Positions 49,070 through 61,100 of a DNA stretch of 64,000 nt are shown piece after piece; position 1 is the first letter of the stretch, and the number at the start of each line of letters is the position of its first letter. The position numbers were made by a program, and so were the translations under genes. Source of the stretch: Amphiscolops sp. MND2022 (Eukaryota); assembly GCA_964187785.1 (NCBI GenBank), contig OZ076414.1, positions 4,278,001-4,342,000 on the forward strand. Direction: 5' to 3'. The notes under the pieces were generated by a model. It did not search any database and was not told the origin of the DNA. It saw nothing but the letters and a program-made list of their open reading frames with translations.

Positions 49070-50605
49070 TTAGAAGTTTTTTGGATCTTCTACGTCATCG
49101 TGTCGTTCTGTTTCCTCAGCATCTTCGATATCGTCGTTGGCAGTGTGGGACATTTCATTGGCGTTGTAGACCCTACTGTTGGTCTGTTTGAAGTCCCTTC
49201 TAAATTGTCGGTTTTCCTCGGTCGATTGCTTAGGGTACGGGACGCTTCGGTAGGCGGACGTCCCCGTGTTCCTGTAGTAGCAATCTCGGGCGGAGTGTCC
49301 CACTTTGCTACAAGTTTGGCACACAAGTTTGGGGTTATATCTGGGCTTGATCTCTTGAGTTTGGGCGGGTTGGGTTGGTTGTTGCTGGTTTTGGCCATGG
49401 GGTTTGGTTTGTGCTTCCTCCCGGAGGCGTTTCCTGCACTCAACCCACTTGTGGCCATGTATTCCGCAGTGGCCACATTGGCCATCAAATTTTCGTTTTG
49501 CCTCCCTGGGTTGTTGGGTTTGGACGTTTGATGTCTGAGGTGTGGCTACATTCGGCAGGGGTGCGCTTATCTGATTGAATGGTTGCGCACTGGTTGTATT
49601 AGGAATGAGCTGCGCATACTGACATCTGCGCTGCACAAATGTCCTGATCTCCTCCATCGATGCATCATGTTTGCCTGCCATGGCCAAATCGTTTTGCATT
49701 TGAACGAGGAGTTTCGCAAATAGAAACGTCTCTGTAATATCGCTGGACTTGTCCCCAAATGCCTGCTTTGCGACTTTTTTGAACTTGTTGAGGAAGTCAT
49801 TGAAGGTCTCTGCTGAAGGGTCGTAGCGCATCTGGTCGAATTTGTATTTGGCCACTTCCTTCAAAACTTCTTTTGCGTATTCCTTCTTGAAGTAACGCAG
49901 TACTTGGGCCAGTGTTGTCTGGTTCGTTATTTTCAGCGATTGCCAAAATTCAATGGCATCGTCGCGTAACAGGCTCTGGAAGTATGTCAGTTTCTGTTCT
50001 TCTGACAATTTGTGTTGGTGTGGCCTGAGGTGGTTGAGCAGCAGGTGCTCAAACTCGTTGTACTTTTCTCGGTTTCCGCGGAATAGTGGGACTTGTGTGT
50101 GCAAAATTTTTGGATGTTGCACCGTGTCCGTCATCGTGTCCCTCAGGTGGTGAATTTCAGTGACAATGTCGTCGAACTGCTGAGCGGATGACTGAGGGTA
50201 TTGTGAGGTGGATTGGCGTGGTGGGTTCGGTAGTTGGCTGGTTGTTGGAACTCCTGTCACCATGTCGGAACGTGTATCAGTTTCATTTGATGTGGTGATG
50301 TTAGGTACGTTCCCTTCTCTATTGCTAGAGGATGGCTTTTCATTAGACGATATTTTCTCGGTCAGAGCAAGAACTAAGTTTGTCAGTTCACTTATTTGTC
50401 TAGTCATTTCAGTAAATCTCTGATTTACAGCTCGACGTTCTGACTCGCCACTGTAATCCAACAAATTCCCGTTGTCAAACTCACTCATCTGTTCTCTCGT
50501 GAGAACTTCTGGGACACTGCTCTCACTTTCGGTATCGCTATGCCGATCTGTTCGGCACATGAAGGTATGCTGGTTGTCTGTTACTTGGGATCTCGTATTA
50601 ACCAT
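49070..50605 (-). CDS. gag: gag of element B (511 aa, two CCHC knuckles)
   Basis: CGHCGIHGHKWVEC and CQTCSKVGHSARDC; uninterrupted ORF. Confidence 0.95.
   Translation of the reverse strand: MVNTRSQVTDNQHTFMCRTDRHSDTESESSVPEVLTREQMSEFDNGNLLDYSGESERRAVNQRFTEMTRQISELTNLVLALTEKISSNEKPSSSNREGNVPNITTSNETDTRSDMVTGVPTTSQLPNPPRQSTSQYPQSSAQQFDDIVTEIHHLRDTMTDTVQHPKILHTQVPLFRGNREKYNEFEHLLLNHLRPHQHKLSEEQKLTYFQSLLRDDAIEFWQSLKITNQTTLAQVLRYFKKEYAKEVLKEVAKYKFDQMRYDPSAETFNDFLNKFKKVAKQAFGDKSSDITETFLFAKLLVQMQNDLAMAGKHDASMEEIRTFVQRRCQYAQLIPNTTSAQPFNQISAPLPNVATPQTSNVQTQQPREAKRKFDGQCGHCGIHGHKWVECRKRLREEAQTKPHGQNQQQPTQPAQTQEIKPRYNPKLVCQTCSKVGHSARDCYYRNTGTSAYRSVPYPKQSTEENRQFRRDFKQTNSRVYNANEMSHTANDDIEDAEETERHDDVEDPKNF
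49076..49082 (-). other. -1 ribosomal frameshift slippery site A AAA AAC
   Basis: X XXY YYZ heptamer in the gag frame, two codons before the stop. The -1 frame is open into pol (both codon starts are 2 mod 3). Confidence 0.8.
50245..50262 (-). other. Primer-binding site TGGTGACAGGAGT..
   Basis: TGG immediately after the LTR-terminal CA. Similar, from memory, to tRNA-Leu-type PBS TGGTGTCAGGAGT; the primer identity is uncertain. Confidence 0.75.
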
Positions 50606-51295
50606 TTTGAAGAGATATTGGATTTTTGAGGTTGTATTGATTGATTATGAGAAAGGTTAAGTATTTTGGTAACAAATCGTGTTTAACTGAGAGGTACGTA
50701 TTTAGCAACTGTATCGTAATCTATCGCAAAATCTTCTGATGTTACTATTTCACCTGGTAATAATTATGGCGACGTTGGTCACGTGACCACATCAACCAAT
50801 CATATTTCTATTTTTCGTTCGCACCTTTGTTAGTAATTGCGCAATATGGTCGCAGCACCAAAATGAATGTAGTTACGTTGCTATGGTCACATGACTCAAA
50901 TTTGGTATAATGATGTGGTTGCACTACTAGCATCATATATGTAAATGGTTAATGTATATAATTGTTTACATGACTAACTGCACCAGAACGAAATCTGATG
51001 ATGGTGTATCAGCCACATTACTTTCACTTTTAACTAAAAGTTCACGAGATTGATTTAAATAACATGCATGACAAATGTATGAAATATGGGAGATAATAGT
51101 AAAGTTATTTGGGGGAATGAATAGAAATGATGCTTTTTAGCAGATTCGAGTTCGAGTTTTATGATGTGGTTGACTTCACCACATTCTTCCCTTTCATCAT
51201 CATTCTTTTACTGTTTTGACATTTTGTTTCTAGTTCAGGTATGCAGGATGGTTGACCACATCATTGTTTGATATTTTCATGCGTCAGGCATGACA
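50263..51295 (-). repeat. 5' LTR of element B
   Basis: Direct repeat of 36040-37071 (offset 14223-14224). Confidence 0.97.
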
Positions 51296-52164
51296 CTGCC
51301 CGTTTTCGTAGGCATCTCGGCATCTCGTTTGACTCCAATTTGGAAGGTTCACACTGTAGTCTGAAGTCCTTCTTTTTAAATTGAAATAGTTCAGTTATTT
51401 TAGATTATTTCAGAATAGGGATGCGAAGTACTTAAAGAAGACTCTAACAAATCTGCAGTTATTAGGTCTTTAAAAAACGGTAACAATTTGATGGTGAAAA
51501 CTTTATTTCACTTGTGTACGGTTATACATCAGATAATTGCTTTACGGTATAAGGTATTGTATTGAATATAAATTAGATACATTAAAACTCAAGATACATA
51601 ATTCAAGTCGAAACATCCATATAAAAGGTGGAGGATGATGATTGAATATAAGAGTATAGGTATATCAATTCAATCCTCGGGATGTTGGCACTGTAGCTAG
51701 TAAAGACCACATTGATTCTTCCAAGTAAATAGAGATGCGCTCACGCACTACCGTTGTCTGACTCATACACGTTCTCTATTTCAAACTTAGCTGGTGCCCG
51801 CCGTGTTCATCCGTCTCTTGATTGGCATGCCTCACCTCTAAGCCAGATTTGGCTGGAACGAAATTTTCACACTGTAGCTTTGCAGCCATCGATAATGAGA
51901 CTTTATTTATTTTCACAACTTTCTAAAGGTTTTTATTGTCCCCGTAACTGATCGGCAAAAAAAAAGAGCTTTGGTTGTTATGTTCTTGGGCGTAATGCCT
52001 TGACACCAACAAGCGCAAAGAAGTACTTGTTTATATGTTGTACGTTGTTGTTTAATGCAGATGGCGAATGAAATACGGAATACGAGGTGCTGCAGTATTG
52101 GGTCTTAAATACGAAAGCGTGAGGGAATTAAATTGTATCATTCGTCTGTTGCGGTATAAAAATA

Positions 52165-52470
52165 ACAAGACGGGAACGTCTCAAGTCGGCGCTTTATCTA
52201 AGGCTCAAAAAGCGCAAAACATTTTTTTTGGAAAAAAACTTGAAATTTTCGAAAAAAAAATTTCTTTCGGAAAATGTCGCACAGTGCCGAAAAATGTAAA
52301 AGGGGGGACCCTTTTTAATTTATAAACACGCAAAATAACAAAAAACTCAAAGGGGGACCCTTTGGGGACATTAAAAAAATTTTGAAAAAAAGTCTCACAG
52401 CGCCGAAAAAAATCGAAAGGGGGGGAACTTTAGTCCCGTCCGGGCTTGTATGTAACGTTTAAAAAGTAAA
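52165..52470 (+). mobile_element. Dispersed repeat R1 copy
   Basis: AACAAGACGGGAACGTCTCAAGTCGGCGC start, GGGGACCCTTT repeats, AAAAAAGTCTCACAG. Confidence 0.7.
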
Positions 52471-54120
52471 TGAATACAGGGCCTCTAATAACATATTTGT
52501 TCAATTTGGGTAGACATATTCCATGACCTGATGAGATGAAAGTTTTATGCAAATCAAATAAAAATGCATTTCCGTTTAAATATCTATTCTTTTTTCCTTA
52601 AATTAAGTCAGTGACCTCGTAAAAAGTCATGAGAGCACGCGTATTTGGATTTGATTCCATACAGAGGACTGCGTTATACACTTGGTTTGCGTTGAAAAAT
52701 TTAACCATTGGCTTGTCCAGAACTTCTAAAACACTTCACTGATGGATTTGAGAGGACCTATTAATAGATTACTCAGTAGTTATCGTTACCCAGTCACTCG
52801 TACATTTTCGTCACCATTCTAGAACAAGGGTACTGTAGTTTTTTTGTGCTTGGAGGGTAATCCAACTGGATCCCTAGCTTCATGACAATTCTGTTGCGGA
52901 ATGGTAAAACTAGTACGAAAAACACTGCGTTAACGTTATATTTTCTATAGATGTTCCAAAAAAAAACATTTTGTGAGTACCTCAGCGCCAAAAAACGATC
53001 CAAATTGAACCTTTTGGTAACATCTTTATTATCCTAAATATAATCAGAGGAGCGGAGCAATGTGTGTTCATACCATACTAACATACCCCGCTTCTTGTAA
53101 GTTTACCTGTAATGGGTTTGTGAGATCTCAAACTCTGATCATACCAGCTTTAAGTTTCTGTCGAATAAAGAACTATCGAATTCATGACTGCTCGCCTGTA
53201 ACTACCAGAAAAGTTGAAAAAATCACAACTTTTCGAATGAAGTGTATTCAAAAAAATTACCAGGATGACTTCACACGCCAATTACTTCAAATTCCAAATT
53301 GCAAAATGTTTCAATATTCAGGTAATTTTGATTAACAATGGTATTGAAGAAGTTTTAACAATGTCATGCTTCGAATGCAAACACATCTGCAGATGCTCAT
53401 GAGAACATTTTCCAAACGCCAGTTGCGTGTTTCGATATTGATTTACACCATTTACTGAGCCAGTTTTTGATAGGAAGATATTTAAATTCACTTACTTGCG
53501 TTTTACCAAAAATATGGAACAATTTAATCTGTTTAAAACCGTTTTTTTACTCTACAGCAAGTGAATGAATTTCCAATTAACGAATTAAGATTTTTTTGAC
53601 AACAATAGCAGCAGCGTTAAAGCGCTTTTCTTGCTTCTGTGGTTTTGTTTGAAATTGAATGTGTCGCCCTCATTGCAAAACGTCAATTATTGAGCATCTC
53701 GTTAATGCTCTAGTTTTCAAAGCATGCTGGATTCAAAGCACGTGAACACAAAAATCAAAGCAGCACTGCTTGTTTTATTCGCATAATGTTTCAAGAAGCT
53801 TCAGAAGAGCCTGATAGGTACCTGTTTTTCGCAATTTGACCGATATTGTGGGTGCGTTCCGTAAAAAGTTGGACAAGAGTAGCAAATTTGGCAAGATTGA
53901 TACAATAACCTACATTTTCTTCAAGATTCCGGTACTTTTTTTTCCAGAACTTGTGCCTGTTCGTTGGAACTTTTTACAATAAATGCGGTCGTTTTTGGAC
54001 GAGAAAAATAGGAACAAAAAGCATTCTGAATTGTCGCGATTCCTTACAGGGTTTTTGATCCATCAAGTACATGTTTCAACCATTTACATATATGAATCGT
54101 CGAATTAAGTGGATGTCCAA

Positions 54121-54720
54121 TTCAATTACGTGTTTGTTCAGTTCAATTACGTGTTTGAGCACAACCAAAAACGTATACTTTTATTAGGACGAAATCAATA
54201 GCTACAGTCATCACTGAACCACAAATTGTGGTTATGCAAATATTGGCAGAAGAGATTGTGATGGTAATACATATGGACATGTTGGAGGTTTTTCATATTT
54301 CGAAGCATATACCGGTAGAATCCGTCACAGTCTTTATAGGTGATTCGTTAAATGCCCGTTCTAATCAAGTCCATAAAGTGCTCATGGTTGTTAGGTTTTT
54401 TAGGCGAACTTCCATTTTGAGAACATGTTTTCGATGGGATTAATTTCAGGTGTGTATGGAGGGAGGATGGAAATAAGATGTCTGGCAGTTTAAAGAAAGT
54501 TTAACTTGAGCATTTTTATGAAATGCAATTGTCCAGTATAATTATACTGTTTATAAGATTGCTCTGCTTCAAAAAAGATATGAAGTGTTCCACAAATGCG
54601 AGAAACGTATTGATGTTGAAAGCGAAATCCTGCTGTTTGTGAAATTTGTCTCCATATATATTGATCGCAGCACAAACACTGATATTTCGTGACCGAATTG
54701 CAGGAGCTGATTTAATTGGT
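54121..54720 (-). mobile_element. Tc1/mariner (IS630-like) DDE transposase remnant
   Basis: RSRNISVCAAIN..AFN..F..IIILDNC[fs]FHK..ILPPYTPEINPIENMFSKWK; 16-bp direct repeats at 54121 and 54142. Confidence 0.8.
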
Positions 54721-55419
54721 CTTTCGCATGAAAATATGCAGGATAAAATGCAACATACAATGTGTAAGTTATGGATTTAGTATACAAGTTCTCACATAAG
54801 TAGATATAGTATACGTGCCCGCTAAGGCCCATCCATCTCTGGACCTAATGCACACACGGAATCCCACTTCGTCTAAGAAATTTATATTTCTATCCGATTG
54901 TGTCAGTACAAGGTCCTGGAAATATTCTGAGTATTCTTCTCGTTCATTTTGGATGGCCTCAATCTGGCCCTTTCAGTAACCACTTTCAAAATTTTAAAAG
55001 TATGGTGAAAATTCTTGAGGCATCTGTTAGTTGTAGCAATAGACAAAGTACCGCCGAAATGTTCAACAGTTTCTAGGGGCATAAATTGCAGCGAAATGTC
55101 ATATTTTTGTCAAAAAGGCCCGAATGTATTTGCGAGTTTCGTCTGTCACGTTTTCGTGCTGGTTTCCTCCTCTTTGCTTTTGATGAACCCGGTTTTCCTC
55201 CAGGTAGACATGTTTTATTGTGTCCACTGATGAAAGTGGCCTTGCAAATGCTTGGGCATTTCTCTGTGACCTTTTCTGGCATTGTTATTCTGAACTACGA
55301 GTTGTCTTTGTTCACTGGAATACATTTCTCGAGGAGCCACGCTTTATAACGAAGAAAGTGCGAGTTATCTCCTGGCTACGTAAATGAAGTGAACAAATAC
55401 CTATTGAACTGAACAAGTA

Positions 55420-58400
55420 GGCATTGTGAAAATGGACAAAATTAAAGAAGATGTGTTCCTACATCCCACAGTAAATATTGTCAAAAAGGACAGAAGCGTA
55501 AAAAAGCACTAGACGCAAGAGAATTAAACAAACACGTGGTTAAAGATAAATATCCCAAGCCCGTTTTAGATATTCTAATGGAAATGATCGCAGAACATGT
55601 GGCTAAGAAAAGTGGACAAACATTTTACTCAACACTGGACATGACGTATGCTTACGATCAAGTAGAACTGAGGAAGGATACAGCAAGACACTGCAACTAC
55701 CTAATTGTGGGCGGAGAAACAACATGGTTATACAAATTTATCACGGGGTTCTATGGACTCACCACGATGCCAATGGAATAAGAATTCATTGACGATATTC
55801 TCATAGTAACAAACGGCACCGAAGAAGAACACATGCAGAAAGTAAAAGAAGTCCTGGAGAGATTAGACGAAGCAAACATCAGTCTCAAACTTGAAAAATG
55901 TACATTCGGGGCGAAGAGCATCGAATGGATTGGATACAAGCTAACACAAGAAGTAGTGGAACCAATCAACAGTAAGGTCCAAGAAATTTCAGGACGACTT
56001 CGATCAAAAAGTTTAAACAATGAAGATCCTTCCTCCGTGCAGTAAATCAACTCTATAAACTTATACCAGACTTAGCAAAAAACTGTTATCCATTCAGAAC
56101 AATCTTAAAGAAAAATACCAGATGGAATAGGACAACAGAACAGGAAAACACATTTAACAAATTGAACACAGAAATAAAGAAAACAACGATGCTAAATCAT
56201 TTCAATAGAAACTGCCCTCTGCGAATAATCCGCGATGCAAGTACAGCAGGATTAGGCGCAGTCTTACACAAAAGAAGAAAATAACCAATGAAAACCTATT
56301 TCCTTTGCATTGCGATTCCTAACTGATTTAGAAACCAAATACTCAATGAATGAGTTAGAATTGCTCGCAATCGTATGGGCAGTAGAATATTTGCGAAGCT
56401 ACGTATACGGGTACCTTTCAAAATAAAATCGGACAATAAAGCATTAGCAACTGTTTTAAAGGGACAAAAAGCAAATAAAACATACTCAAGTAGATTCACA
56501 AGGTGGGTAGACTGGTTACTACTATTTGAATTTGAAGTAATCTACGGACCAGAAAAAACATTAGGAATAGCCGATTACCTCTCTCGAAATCCACCACCGC
56601 AAACAGATAATTCAATAAACGCAAATACATTATGGAAGGATTGGTTTACTGTTAATGTCGTTTCAGAAATCAAGAATTCAATACTAGCGAATCACCAAAC
56701 AATTAAAGAAACCCTAGACAGCAAAGCAACGCAATCAACGATGGCAAGCAATGGCAAAATTACAAAATTACATGAAACAGCGATAAAACCGTCAGAAAAA
56801 CGACAACTCAATCTAAACATAAACCTTGTGGATAACGAAACACCACAATGAAAACAAGCCTCGAAAAGATTGGACCAAACATCCTCGCCGCTACTTATTT
56901 GAGCGAAAATTACTTCAGAACATTATCAAATTACTAAAAAAAATTTGATAAAAAGAAATTGACAAACTACCCAAGATCTGGCAACAAAAGGTCAGGGAGC
57001 TTAGCTTAGATGACAACGACTTCATCTACACAGATAAAAAACTCGTAATACCACAGGAATTACGATTACCGATATTCAAGAGCTTACATTGGGGCCACCC
57101 CGGCAGGGATGTGATGATCCAAGCAGTGGCAGACATATGGTGGCCACAAAATCATCGCGATGTGGTACTACTCGTAAAATCGTGTACACAATGCCAAAAC
57201 GCTGGTAAAAAAATTAAAAACAATTCAAAACAATTCGAATACGGAAAATTTCCTGCGGCGGAAAACCACATAGACGAAATCGCAATAGACTTCGCCGGGC
57301 CATTTGAAATTGCACCAGACAATAAGAGATACCTGTTAGTATCATTAGATCATGAAACAAATTCGCGCGACGCAAACTTTATGCGAAAGCCAACAACCAA
57401 CAAGGTAATAGAGTTTTTAAACACACACGTAGCTGAATTCGGTATACCAAAAAGAAGAAGAACTGACGCCGCTACGATACTCCGCAGCAAAACATTCAAA
57501 CAAGTCTGTGAAAATCATTTCATACAACTTTAGAATGCCCACATCGCGACTGCCACGGAAACGGCAAGATAGACCGCCTCATTAGGACGCTGAACTAACG
57601 GCTAAGATCAGACAAAACAATCATTCTGAACAAAGGTACAGCAGGTCTATCGCGCCTCCTTTTCGCTCTGAGAACGGCCGCGACGACCAATGGCAACAGC
57701 CCATTCGAACGAGTACATGGCAGGAAACCAAAAACAATAAAAAGTACAATAACTGAAAAACCAAATAAATGTTTAGAAACGACAAAGAGCTCCAATTATC
57801 ACCAGAAAATTACCCCAGGACGGTGACTCCACAATCTTCCTGCGGGACAAGACCAAGAACACCAAACTGGAAAGCCAGTTCAAATAGAAATGAGGAACAA
57901 TCTCAGCGGAATCAAGTGACACAATGACACACTACGAGGCAGACAGTTTTACTCAAAACGAGACGTGATCAAGTCAACCACAAAAAACGAAAAAAAATGG
58001 AAAGTCAAATAGCTCAAAGTGAAACAACTCGGAGACAAACACTCCTTAGTAAGAAAACTAGCAGCACTCAAAGAAGCCGAAAAGCTAAACCCGAAAAAAA
58101 CAATCCAAGAAAACCCTTCTCCGCGAAAGACTACAAACAAAAAAAACCGGAATTTCTACAAAAACAAGAAAACTCCAGAAATTCGCTAGCTGGCCTACCA
58201 ATTAAACAAGACAACATCTACCCAGAGAGCTCATCGGACGAGGAAACAACACCAACACAAAAACCCGAAGAAACAAAACCGAAGTCAAAACCGAAATAGA
58301 AAGCAACACATTACGCCAAAGCGAACGCAGAAGGAAAAAAACCCGACTGGTTCGACAAAACGTCATAGTATCCAACGTCGAACGGGAGAAGAGAATAGAC

Positions 58401-58700
58401 AAGATGAAAACGCAGAACAACACCAGAACTTCACAACACTGGAACAAGAACTTGAGGCAGAACTCAACGCAATGCCGAACTTCCTTGAAATGACCAAAGA
58501 GGAAATCATTGATTGGATCAACAACTAACTGATAAAATCACTCAAACAAAGTGATTGGTAAAACATTCCCATGTCATTTATCAAACATTTATCAGCTACA
58601 TTAAATAGTACAAACCCAACTTCAGTTGTACAATTTGAGTTAAATCATTACGTTAACCCCTACAAAAACAGTACGTAAACTCCAACACGTAGTGGGGGGG
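55420..58700 (+). mobile_element. Decayed Ty3/Gypsy pol remnant C (RT-RNase H-integrase)
   Basis: STLDMTYAYDQV, FIDDIL, IRDASTAGLGAVL, ELELLAIVWAVE, HWGHPG..CTQC, IDFAGPF, RTDAAT. Ends in a G7 tract at 58694-58700. Confidence 0.9.
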
Positions 58701-58915
58701 TGTGGCAGAGAGCATCTGTCAATCAAAGAACAAAAAGGTGCTAAGGAAAACTAAGTTGTAAATATGTATCACAGATCTGCTAACATTTGTTGTCGCTGCG
58801 ATAGAGCGGTTAACCATTGCAGCAAGTTGCCTTAACGTTGTAAAGATACTATTTCAATTAAAGATTTCGTTAGTTCAATTGTTTTCCTTTAACATGGCGC
58901 TGCGAGTTAACAATA

Positions 58916-61100
58916 ATGAAGAATAAAATTGAAAGGGAGACCATGGGGAGTTTCGCCAGAACAATGAAAAACAAGAAATCCGCCACCGGTGCCATCTTCG
59001 TGTCGCCTCCGGGCTACAGGTACCTACCCAGACCAATACAGCAATTCCTATACCTGGTGCTAGAAGCATACGCGAAAAACTTGAGGTGTAGCCCCCAACC
59101 TGAGAGTCAACACAACGACATGGCGCCCGTGTGAAGCCTCGTATCCCGCTTTCCAGGCGGAAGCATAGACAGCCTTACAGGCTTGAACCGTGTACAAAGG
59201 AAACTCCCAGCTCCTGATCGACGAAGCCACATCTTACGACTTCGGGATGCAGATGGCGTACCGATCACTAGACGAACAGGGCGCACGCCAAGTAAATGAC
59301 CCCAATGAACAGGAACGGGAGAACCTGGTGGATAACTTATGGTATGTGCGGAGAGACGATTCTACGCTTGAGGAAAAAACTCATGAGGCGAAATTCCACA
59401 AGGAGTTTTCAGCCCTGTTCAAATTGACGAAAACCATCAAGAAAAACAGAACGAACACCACGGTGTTCCCTATTGCAGCCGTGGCCCTCGACGCACAGCC
59501 TGGAATTGTGTCGCCCACCCTAACACTCCTAGCAGTGATGGCTCAGGACCTGGCCCGCCTCAATGAAGAGGAACCAAGGCAAACCTACCAAACGTGGCAC
59601 CAATTACTACGCGAGCCACTAAATCACGTCGCAGAGCGGCAAAGTATCATCTCGTTCCCAGTGCTTCTATATACACGTTTCCCAATTCTGGCTCCCCAAT
59701 TTTGTACAGGCGGACTACAACCTACATGAGCAACAAGTACGCTTGTACTTGGAAGCTATGGAAAGGGCCACAGTGAGCGAACTACTAGCGTAACTGATGG
59801 CCGCCGGCCTAAACAAAGGACCCTCCAGTCTCCTGCAAAAGATGGTGTTCGACAAAGGAAGCGTGTGCCTCCTCAGCTTCCTAGTGTATGCCCAGAATCA
59901 GAAAAACCGGCTGTACGCGCTCATGGACGCTTCGGACCCAGCGGGTGTTCTGCAACTGAAAGCGCGGATAGACCTCAGCGTCGAAGCCATTCTCGTGTGG
60001 ATTTACTTTACATGGGTCAACCTTGCTGGGAATATGCATCCTCTGGTTGAAAACCCCACAGCCAATAGGGAGCTCACTCAGCTTCCCGGTTTCAGGTTTC
60101 AAATTCCATCACAAGTGGCCACCCTCATGCTGGTGGAAACCGAGTATCTGATCCCCCTCATCGCCCCCATAGTCTGGTCGATCTTCGGCGCAGTCAAGCT
60201 GCTAAGATAGATACCCCACGCAAACCCTCTGGGTTGCTGCTAGTACCCCAAATTGGTCCATTTTGCACTTCGTGAGAGCTTCGTGAGAGACAGGCGCCCA
60301 GTGGGCTACACTACCCGTATGTATGCGATACTTCTAGAATGTATTGCGATCGGGCGGAGCCCCGCGTCAATACCGCCAACACCCTGGAGACAACTACATG
60401 CTGGTCACGACCTGACCTAGTAGACTTGGTGGTTCACCAACTGTTCCAACGCCTGAGGAGGACGGTGCCCTCTGCGGCACGGGAACCTATCAGAAGAACT
60501 CTGTCAATCAGTGCCGAAACCCCCAGCAACCCGAGAGTCGCAATGGAAATATTCCTGAACCTGCACAGCAGGCAAAAGGAGCGAGAGAAGCCGGTAGGCG
60601 AAGATTATGCGCGCGGAATCCAGACTTTTAAGAGCCTGTTCGTTCAATACTGCCACCAAAAACTGGCTGACAGCCTACCTGAGCTCCCTCAAGGAAGCAT
60701 GACGGTTGAGACGAATGAAACGAGGGCAACTACATCTGTCAGTTCCCAATCTCCATCCCCCGAGATAGGTCAGGCAGACAGGGCAGAGATCCGCATGGAA
60801 GAAAATGAAGACACGTCGACAGTAATGCTGCCTGGTGAATTGATGACCGACGACATTTTCACCATGTCAGGCGCAGCCACGCCTGCTCAAGACGAAACCG
60901 ACACGGGCATTTCCCAAATGGAAGCTGCTGACATTGTGTCAGAATTGAACAGGCTCCTGACTATTGACGACCAAAGCCCGTCCCCTTTCATGGCGGCGGA
61001 TCCTATTGTCAACCCTGAGCCAGCGGCTACTGAATCAACACAGAACCTAGCAGACGATCAACCAGCTGAGCGACGGTGCCAAACAGACTCTGTCTGCTAA
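58916..61100 (+). pseudogene. Long disrupted ORF of unknown function downstream of Gypsy C
   Basis: Consecutive same-strand ORFs (58916, 59190, 59594, 59797, 60339-61100) with protein-like composition. No family recognised. Confidence 0.5.

Larger units (their letters stand above)
36040..51295 (-). mobile_element. Full-length Ty3/Gypsy LTR retrotransposon B (15,256 bp) with antisense cargo gene
   Basis: TG..CA LTRs at 50263-51295 and 36040-37071. CTGCC on both flanks (36035-36039, 51296-51300). PBS, PPT, gag and pol in PR-RT-RH-IN order. Confidence 0.97.

Noticed and set aside
49046-49531. 161-aa plus-strand ORF and other ORFs overlapping gag/pol
   Set aside because: Antisense or alternative-frame shadows of gag/pol with no motifs.
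52520-52545. Hammerhead ribozyme core CTGATGA..GAAA
   Set aside because: No stem II can form, and the flanking stems do not pair.
55073-55282. C2H2 zinc-finger fragment (FRCNLCP)
   Set aside because: A stop follows immediately, and there are no His ligands.
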